DNA of 36,068 bases from Rickettsiales bacterium (GTDB taxonomy: Bacteria; Pseudomonadota; Alphaproteobacteria; Rickettsiales; UBA998). This document shows positions 29,376 through 36,068 of the stretch, one piece after another. Numbering within the stretch: position 1 is the first letter of the stretch; each line of letters opens with the position of its first letter. The notes under the pieces are model-generated. The model searched no databases and was not told where the DNA came from. It was given only the letters and a program-made list of their open reading frames with translations. The DNA is taken from the NCBI GenBank assembly GCA_019749855.1, contig JAIEPI010000139.1:1-36068 (forward strand), read 5' to 3'. A program made the translations under genes and the position numbers.

Positions 29376-29711
29376 ATGGAAATTGAGTTTCATAGTGATA
29401 CCACAGGACTTCACGCCCGCTTCTGTGGTCGCTCTTCCTTTGGTGATTACAAAGAGATGGAGAAACTGTGTCTGTGCATTGAGCAATCACAAAACCCTAA
29501 TAAAAGTATCGTGATTGACCTGAGCCGTCTTGATTTTGTTGACTCCGCCGGGCTGGGCCTGTTGCTTTTACTCAAAGAGCACTGCGAACGGTGTCAGGTG
29601 CGTGTTTCAATCGCAAACCCCCAGGGGCAGGTGCGTAAAATGCTGGAGGTCTCACGATTAAACGAACTATTTGGCTTGCCATATCAGGAAAAGCATCGTG
29701 ATACACGCTGA
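29376..29711 (+). CDS. STAS domain anti-sigma factor antagonist
   Basis: IDLS.LDFVDSAGLGLLL with conserved phospho-Ser; GQV.KML. Confidence 0.92.
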   Translation: MEIEFHSDTTGLHARFCGRSSFGDYKEMEKLCLCIEQSQNPNKSIVIDLSRLDFVDSAGLGLLLLLKEHCERCQVRVSIANPQGQVRKMLEVSRLNELFGLPYQEKHRDTR

Positions 29712-30882
29712 TATATCTTCTATCCGCTTTGGAGATTTACGCGTTCTGATCGTCGATGATTCACGACAAAGTCTACTCATTGCCTCTTCCATTCTGCGAA
29801 AACAGGGTATCACGCAGATTTTCTTTGCAGAGAATGGTCAACAGGCTCTCACCGCCGCGATGGAACATTTGCCTGACTTGATTTTGCTGGATTTGTTGAT
29901 GCCTCAGCTTGATGGCTATGCGTTTTGTCGCGCCATTCGCCAGCAACCCGGCTTTCAGGAAACGCCGATTATTGTGCAAACCGGCGTCGAAGATGCGAAT
30001 GGTCTGGCGCAAGCATTCGAAGCGGGTGCCAGCGATTTTGTGCGAAAACCCATTCACGCCAGCGAGTTAATTGCGCGCACGAAGGTGCATCTGGAACGGC
30101 TCGCCTTGTTAAAAATCATCAACACCCAAAACCGCCAGTTCAAGGATGAGTTACAAGCCGCAAAAGTGATGCAGGAAATGATCCTGCCGAGCACGACCAC
30201 CGTACATGAATTGCAAACGAATTATCATCTGGATTTAGCAGTGCATCACCAGCCCTGCCAGTCACTTTCAGGGGATTTATGGTCGGCCTTCGCGCTCGAC
30301 GATCACCAGATAGCATTTTATCAGGTGGATTTCTCCGGCCACGGCATTCTTGCTGCCATGAACAGCTTTCGTTTTCATGCGCTGACTCAGGCACGCCTAT
30401 TGCCCTCAAATGAGCCAGGTGCCTATCTGGATAAACTCAATCATTCATTGCGAGATGTGCTGCCACGCCATTGTTTTGCCACCATATTTTATGGGGTGCT
30501 CGACACAAAGCGCAGTGAGTTGCGTTATGCTACGGCGGCACACACCGCGCCGATCATTTTACGAAAATGCGGTGCACTAGAAAGTCTGAATGCGCATGGC
30601 TTTCCACTGAGTGCCGTGTCGCAAGCGAATTATGAAACACGCTGTACCGAGTTTAATTCAGGCGATCAATTGCTACTCTATAGTGATGCGCTGGTGGAGC
30701 GTTGGGAGGGATTCGACGAGACTTCGCTCCACGCCTTAATGCAACAAACCACCTCCTTAGTCAGAAAAAATACTTCGAGTGCCCATGATATGCTGGAGCA
30801 TATTCTTGCTTCCTTTAATGAATCGCGTGGTTTTGTACCGCTGGAAGATGATCTCTCAATTATCGTGATTCGGCGGCACTAG
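29698..30882 (+). CDS. response regulator with PP2C/SpoIIE phosphatase domain (RsbU-like)
   Basis: REC: LIVDD, LLDLLMP.LDG, T, KP; PP2C: LSGD, VDFSGHG, YSDALVE, DDLS; GTG start 29698 (ORF track 29671). Confidence 0.93.
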   Translation: MIHADISSIRFGDLRVLIVDDSRQSLLIASSILRKQGITQIFFAENGQQALTAAMEHLPDLILLDLLMPQLDGYAFCRAIRQQPGFQETPIIVQTGVEDANGLAQAFEAGASDFVRKPIHASELIARTKVHLERLALLKIINTQNRQFKDELQAAKVMQEMILPSTTTVHELQTNYHLDLAVHHQPCQSLSGDLWSAFALDDHQIAFYQVDFSGHGILAAMNSFRFHALTQARLLPSNEPGAYLDKLNHSLRDVLPRHCFATIFYGVLDTKRSELRYATAAHTAPIILRKCGALESLNAHGFPLSAVSQANYETRCTEFNSGDQLLLYSDALVERWEGFDETSLHALMQQTTSLVRKNTSSAHDMLEHILASFNESRGFVPLEDDLSIIVIRRH

Positions 30883-32393
30883 AAAAGACTGCCCTGATTG
30901 GGAGGTTTTGCCATAGTAGCTTTTTTCTGACGTTTGGTTGGTGTGGCATGATGCGCTGAATATGTTTGGCCTGCTTCCCACCGTCTCACCTGCGCCTCCC
31001 CGTCATGGAATTGTAAGGTCACGCTATCATTCGGCAATAACGCACAGGATGAAACGGTCTGGCCACCTGCATCACGCACCAGTACATAGCCACGTCGCAA
31101 AACCTCGCGATAATCGAGTGTCTCGAGCATCCGTGCCAATGCGGCGACTCGCTCAGTACGTCTGGCAATTTGCTGATGCAGCAGCGGCGTCGCCAGACGC
31201 ATAGCCACTAACTGGAATCCATCACCCGCACGCATCAAGCACGCGCGCCCATTCACCATTAAAAGGCGTGTAGAAATCTGTAAATTTAGCTCAGAATCGC
31301 GCAGCCGTTGCCGCAGGCGCTCTGGTGCAAGTGAGGAGTGAAAACGCGATAGTTGCACCTGTTTATGCTGTAAAAACTGGCGTGGTGCGTGGCTAAGTCG
31401 CTCACTGAAGCTGTCCAAGCGCTGCTGTGCCTGCGCCAGAAAATCTTCCGGTCGTGGCAAACCTCGGCTCAGACCCACCAGCCGCTCACGCCGACTCACT
31501 AGCCCGTGCTGCGTGGCGCGGGCCATGCGCAGGTTTGATTCCTGCAGATAAAACTGCAGCTCCGTGCGCACAGGCAAGGCCATCTCAGCAGCGGCTGTGG
31601 GGGTCGGTGCACGTCGGTCAGCCACGTAATCAATGAGCGTGGTGTCGGTTTCATGCCCCACCGCTGAGATGAGTGGAATGTCAGAGGCCGCGGCGGCCCT
31701 CACCACGATTTCTTCATTGAAACACCATAAATCTTCCGTGGAACCACCGCCGCGCCCCACGATCAACAGATCGGGACGGGGAATCACACCGCCGGCTTTT
31801 AACTGATTAAAGCCAGCAATCGCGGTGGCAATCTCCAACGCCGCCCCCTCGCCCTGTACGCGCACCGGCCAAAGCAGGACATGACAGGGGAAACGATCGG
31901 CCACGCGATGCAAAATATCCCGAATCACCGCACCGGTCGGCGAGGTCACCACCCCAATGACCTTTGGCAGGAAGGGAAGTGGTTGCTTGCGCGCTTCATC
32001 AAACAGCCCTTCGCGCCGCAATGCTTCCTTGCGTTGCTCCAATAAGGCAAGCAGCGCTCCGGCTCCGGCAGGCTCCAGATGTTCCACAATCAACTGATAT
32101 TTTGATTGCCCGCCATAGGTACTGATGCGCCCTGTAGCATAGACTTCCAGACCCATTTGCAACAGCGCATTGAAACGACTGGCAGTGCCTTTCCAGCAGA
32201 CAGCGGCGAGGACGGCTTTATCGTCTTTAAGATCAAAATAGCTATGTCCAGAGCTTTGGCGAACGACTTTAGAAATTTCACCGCGCACGCGTACATGGTC
32301 GAACTGCTGCTCTATGACATTTTTGACCGCGCCAGAGATCTCACTGACGCTGTAAGTTGGCTGATTATGGCTTAAAGGGGGGCTGTCCATCAT
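30879..32393 (-). CDS. xseA: exodeoxyribonuclease VII large subunit
   Basis: V.GEIS, SGH.YF.LKD, GVVTSPTGAVIRDI, RGGGS.EDLW.FNEE, SAVGHETD, APTPTAAAE, VL.RGY. Confidence 0.97.
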   Translation of the reverse strand: MMDSPPLSHNQPTYSVSEISGAVKNVIEQQFDHVRVRGEISKVVRQSSGHSYFDLKDDKAVLAAVCWKGTASRFNALLQMGLEVYATGRISTYGGQSKYQLIVEHLEPAGAGALLALLEQRKEALRREGLFDEARKQPLPFLPKVIGVVTSPTGAVIRDILHRVADRFPCHVLLWPVRVQGEGAALEIATAIAGFNQLKAGGVIPRPDLLIVGRGGGSTEDLWCFNEEIVVRAAAASDIPLISAVGHETDTTLIDYVADRRAPTPTAAAEMALPVRTELQFYLQESNLRMARATQHGLVSRRERLVGLSRGLPRPEDFLAQAQQRLDSFSERLSHAPRQFLQHKQVQLSRFHSSLAPERLRQRLRDSELNLQISTRLLMVNGRACLMRAGDGFQLVAMRLATPLLHQQIARRTERVAALARMLETLDYREVLRRGYVLVRDAGGQTVSSCALLPNDSVTLQFHDGEAQVRRWEAGQTYSAHHATPTKRQKKATMAKPPNQGSLF

Positions 32394-32499
32394 TCCTGCT
32401 TGTCATGCCTAGCCACCATCGGGTAAAGGTGGTTCGGTCAAGGTGCGTGCTGCATGCATCCTAACCAATAGAAAAAAAAACGGCAAAAAACAACTTATC

Positions 32500-33771
32500 A
32501 TGCGCATTCTTGTTATTGGTTCCGGCGGCAGAGAGCATGCCATGGTGAAAGCGCTGAAGCGCTCGACACGCCTCACCAGACTATGGTGCGCGGATGGTAA
32601 TGGTGGAATTATGCAGGATGTCGAGTGCCTCACTCTTCCCGATGCCGCCAGCATCCTTGCCTTCAGCCAGAAAGAAAAAGTTGATCTGGTCATCATTGGG
32701 CCTGAAAAAGCGCTCGTGGACGGCGTCACCGACGCACTTCGCGCTGCGGGTATTGCCGTGTTTGGCCCGTCCAAAGCGGCCGCGCAACTGGAGGCCTCCA
32801 AAGGATTCACCAAGGATTTATGCCGTACCTACGGAATTCCAACCGGAAATTATGCACGCTTCACCGATACGGAATCCGCTAAGGATTATGTGGCACGCCA
32901 ACCGATGCCGCTGGTGATTAAGGCGGACGGACTGGCCTCAGGCAAAGGGGTGGTGATTTGCACACGAAGGCGCGAGGCCGAGCGCACGATTGATGAAATG
33001 TTTTCCGGAAAATTCGGAGAAGCCAGTGCCAGTATCGTCATTGAGGAATTTCTCGAGGGTGAAGAAGTCAGCTTTTTTGCCCTGTGTGATGGCACCACCG
33101 CCGTGGAGTTTGGCGCCGCCCAGGACCACAAAGCCGCCTATGATGGCGACAAAGGCCCCAATACCGGCGGCATGGGCACATACTCCCCTGCACCCGTGGC
33201 TACGCCTGCGATCCGAAAAGAGATTATGCAGCGCATTATTCTGCCCACGATGCATGCCATGGCGAAAGAGGGCATCCCCTATCAGGGCGTGTTATTTGCG
33301 GGTTTAATGATTACGCGCGACGGGCCAAAGCTTATTGAATATAATGCTCGTTTTGGTGATCCTGAGACGCAGGTATTGATGGCGCGTCTGGACGAAGATC
33401 TGGCGGAATTGCTATTGCGCGTCGCCGAAGGGAAGCTCCCCAATCGTGCGTTACGCTTCCGCCCTGAAGCAGCGGTGTGTGTGGTGATGGCCGCCAATGG
33501 CTATCCGAATGAGTACCAAAAAGGCAGTGAAATCAAAAATCTGGCGGCGGCGGAAGCTTTGGAGGGTGTCACCATTTATCATGCAGGCACGCGATCGGAG
33601 GACGGTAAAATTCTTGCCAATGGCGGGCGGGTATTGGGCATCACCGCGCTGGGAAGCAGCGTCGAAGCAGCGCAAACACTTGCCTACAAGGCCGTGGATC
33701 TGATTGACTGGCCCGAAGGCTTCTGCCGCCGCGACATCGGCTGGCGTGCGATTGGACGTGACGCGGCTTAG
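32500..33771 (+). CDS. purD: phosphoribosylamine-glycine ligase
   Basis: MRILVIGSGGREHA, KADGLA.GKGV, QDHK, GPNTGGMG, EYNARFGDPE, GGRVL. Confidence 0.98.
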   Translation: MRILVIGSGGREHAMVKALKRSTRLTRLWCADGNGGIMQDVECLTLPDAASILAFSQKEKVDLVIIGPEKALVDGVTDALRAAGIAVFGPSKAAAQLEASKGFTKDLCRTYGIPTGNYARFTDTESAKDYVARQPMPLVIKADGLASGKGVVICTRRREAERTIDEMFSGKFGEASASIVIEEFLEGEEVSFFALCDGTTAVEFGAAQDHKAAYDGDKGPNTGGMGTYSPAPVATPAIRKEIMQRIILPTMHAMAKEGIPYQGVLFAGLMITRDGPKLIEYNARFGDPETQVLMARLDEDLAELLLRVAEGKLPNRALRFRPEAAVCVVMAANGYPNEYQKGSEIKNLAAAEALEGVTIYHAGTRSEDGKILANGGRVLGITALGSSVEAAQTLAYKAVDLIDWPEGFCRRDIGWRAIGRDAA

Positions 33772-33797
33772 GCCACACATGGGCTGAGGTCATCGCT

Positions 33798-34160
33798 CTA
33801 GCGCGACAGCGTTTCAATTTTTCCGTAGCCCATGATCTTCTTACCATCATGTACCAGTAAACTGAGGCACTGCTCCCATTTTTCTACTAATTCAGGGTTG
33901 TTCTCCGTTGCACATAATGCCAACATTTCGTCACGCGCCGCTTTGAGCTGTCGCTCACTGAGGGGGCATCCGCTCTGACAGACAAGGATCGCGCACTCCA
34001 GCGCCTGCGTCTGGCGGACGGGAGCGGTAGCAGGGTGCACCATACGCCAGTGATTGAGTGTGCTTCGCAGTTGCTGTGAGAACTTCGTACAGGCCTCTTT
34101 TTGCTTGGCACGCTGATCACGATTGCTACGCGCGACGGCAAACAAAAGGGGTGCGCTCAT
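33798..34160 (-). CDS. hypothetical protein
   Basis: 120 aa ORF whose ATG overlaps the yciB stop (ATGA); no recognisable motif. Confidence 0.5.
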   Translation of the reverse strand: MSAPLLFAVARSNRDQRAKQKEACTKFSQQLRSTLNHWRMVHPATAPVRQTQALECAILVCQSGCPLSERQLKAARDEMLALCATENNPELVEKWEQCLSLLVHDGKKIMGYGKIETLSR

Positions 34161-34714
34161 GAATCACTCTTCGTGGCATCAGCTATGGCGTATGTTCTCA
34201 TCACCCACACCTGCGTCAGCGAGAAAACCAACGTGCAGCTCAGCATGCCAAACACCTTGAAACTCACCCAGAAATCTGTCGAGAAATGCCGCCAGATTAC
34301 TTCATTAAGTGCCGCCAGAAAAAGAAAGAAAAGGCCATAATTTCGTGATAGCGCCCGCCAGCCAGCCGCGTTCAGTTCAAGTGCCATCCCCATCACGTGG
34401 CGCAGCAAGCCTTTGCCGCGTGCCCATCCGATCAATAAAATGGCGGCGAATAATGCGTTCACCAGCGTCGGCTTCATTTTGATGAATAGCTCACTGTTCA
34501 GCGCCAGCGTCAACCCACCGAGCACTGTGACAGCGATGCCTGAAATGAGCGGCGTCATCGCTAAGCGGCGATCCTTGACATAGGAAGCCACCAGCGCCAG
34601 CAACGTCAGCAGCATCAGTGTGACTGTCCCTGCCATCAGACCATAGGTTTTATACGCGATAAAGAATCCGGCCAGTGGGCCAAACTCGATCAGGGGTTGC
34701 CAGAGTTTGTTCAT
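34157..34714 (-). CDS. yciB: inner membrane-spanning protein YciB / septation protein A
   Basis: EFGPL..FF, GGLTL.L....FIKMKPT, LNE.IWR.FSTDFWV.FKVFG. Confidence 0.95.
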   Translation of the reverse strand: MNKLWQPLIEFGPLAGFFIAYKTYGLMAGTVTLMLLTLLALVASYVKDRRLAMTPLISGIAVTVLGGLTLALNSELFIKMKPTLVNALFAAILLIGWARGKGLLRHVMGMALELNAAGWRALSRNYGLFFLFLAALNEVIWRHFSTDFWVSFKVFGMLSCTLVFSLTQVWVMRTYAIADATKSDS

Positions 34715-34893
34715 GCCTGATGTATAATAGGCGGATGCGCATTTGTCAGCCCCCGCATTTGATGTGTTTATGCTTGTGGTTCATAGCAAGATAAGCTCAA
34801 TTGATTGAGCTATTTCATTGAGTTGTGGCTTATTAATAAGAAATTGTCCTATCGATCTGCTCAATAGGAAAACCTGCAGGCATGATCGCAGGC

Positions 34894-36068
34894 ATGACCC
34901 AACGCCTGTCTTTCTTGTTTATCGATTTCAACAGCTACTTCGCCAGCGTTGAGCAGCAGCTGCAGCCGCATTTGCGCGGCCGTCCCGTGCTGGTGATGCC
35001 GCTGGCCTCCGAGCATACCTGCGCGATTGCCGCGAGTTACTCCGCCAAGGCTTTTGGCATCAAAACCGGTACACCCGTGTGGGAAGCGCGGCAACGTTGT
35101 CCGGGCATTGTCTGCGTGGAAGCGCGTCCGGCGCTCTATGTGGAGTATCATCATCGTCTTTGTGCGGAAATTGAGCGGCATATCCCCATCTACAAACAGG
35201 AATCGATTGATGAGATGTCCTGTCGCCTTGATCGCTCGCAACAACAAGCAGAGAGTGCGTGCGCACTGGCTCAACGCATTAAGCAGGGCATTGCCGCTCA
35301 TGTCGGCGAGGCGCTAACCTGTTCGATCGGCATTTCCAGCAATCGCTTTCTGGCAAAAGTGGCCACCGACCTGCACAAGCCTGATGGATTAACCCTGTTG
35401 CCGCCGGCCGAGGTGCCCTCCCGCCTCGGCCATCTCCCCATCAATGAGTTGCCGGGCATTGGCAGTCGCATGGATCTTCGTATCCGTGCTCGTGGCATTG
35501 GCACGATCGGTGAGCTGTATCGTCTCTCCATGCGTGAAATGCGTCATCTGTGGGGCAGTGTGGAGGGCGAAAAAATGTGGCAGCGCCTGCAGGGTTTTGA
35601 GCTGGTGGAACCACCGGTAGTCAAGCGTGTGGTGGGCCATAGTCACGTGCTGGATCCCGAATGGCGGCCGCTGGAGCGCGCCGAAACTGTGGCGCGCCGC
35701 CTGTTACTCAAGGCAGCCAGCCGATTACGCCGCTACGGGATGTATGCGAGCGCTATGGAGCTCTCCGCGCGCATTGAGCATGGCCCCCGCCTCACTGTCA
35801 GCATTCGTTTTGTGCCTGCCTGTGATAATGCCACGCTCATGCAGGCATTAGGCGTGGGCTGGGGCCGCCTTGTGCCGAAATGTGCGTACCCCTCACGCGT
35901 CAAAAAGCTTTCGGTACAATTGCATGGCTTGAGCGATCACCGCCCGAGCAGCCTGTTTGCCGCGCAAGATCGTGCGGCGCAGTGGCGTCAGCAGCAGGAG
36001 GTCGTTTCGCGCATGATGGACCGCCTGAACACCCATTACGGACGCGATACCATCACGCTGGGGGCGCT
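34894..36068 (+). CDS. Y-family DNA polymerase (DinB/UmuC-like), 3'-partial
   Basis: Not in the ORF track because it runs off the edge. Manual translation: MTQRLSFLFIDFNSYFASVEQ...CAIAASYSAKAFGIKTG...SIDEM...CSIGISSNRFLAKVATDLHKPDG...LPGIG; alternative ATG at 34882. Confidence 0.93.
   Translation, partial: MTQRLSFLFIDFNSYFASVEQQLQPHLRGRPVLVMPLASEHTCAIAASYSAKAFGIKTGTPVWEARQRCPGIVCVEARPALYVEYHHRLCAEIERHIPIYKQESIDEMSCRLDRSQQQAESACALAQRIKQGIAAHVGEALTCSIGISSNRFLAKVATDLHKPDGLTLLPPAEVPSRLGHLPINELPGIGSRMDLRIRARGIGTIGELYRLSMREMRHLWGSVEGEKMWQRLQGFELVEPPVVKRVVGHSHVLDPEWRPLERAETVARRLLLKAASRLRRYGMYASAMELSARIEHGPRLTVSIRFVPACDNATLMQALGVGWGRLVPKCAYPSRVKKLSVQLHGLSDHRPSSLFAAQDRAAQWRQQQEVVSRMMDRLNTHYGRDTITLGA

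Noticed and set aside
32443-32499. Extended purD N-terminus and A-runs as a phase-variation tract
   Set aside because: Conserved PurD starts at ATG 32500; the A-runs lie in the xseA/purD divergent promoter and no variation can be seen from one sequence
34760-34893. Alphaproteobacterial LexA box (GTTC-N7-GTTC)
   Set aside because: Best match GTTC-N7-GATA has two mismatches
34861-35851. ORF-track calls on both strands in this interval
   Set aside because: Out-of-frame or antisense shadows of the Y-family polymerase that runs off the window

Overview
Alphaproteobacterial chromosomal segment of mostly housekeeping and stress genes. From left to right: a minus-strand ORF missing from the ORF track that joins a PrmA-like methyltransferase N-terminus in frame to a GC-richer TolB body (probably an assembly chimera); YbjN-proC; a phasin; a type I secretion ABC/HlyD/TolC trio with a degenerate ATPase and an apparent deletion at the HlyD/TolC junction; a seven-gene lipid-modification operon matching the furan/cyclopropane fatty acid cluster; cspA plus a DEAD-box helicase behind a perfect sigma70 promoter; an orphan processive GT2 synthase; a small islet at the 3' end of a stand-alone tRNA-Ile(GAT) carrying a Phd antitoxin, a frameshifted PemK-like toxin and a GIY-YIG gene; an IalB / winged-helix / TAXI cluster; a diguanylate cyclase; an aldo-keto reductase; a chemosensory cluster without CheA/W/Y/R (soluble MCP, membrane receptor with an Aer2-like PAS and GWEEF tail, CheB, STAS, REC-PP2C); xseA, purD, yciB; and a 3'-partial Y-family polymerase. 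No CRISPR array, rRNA, integrase or transposase was seen. All calls come from motif reading; no database searches were run.
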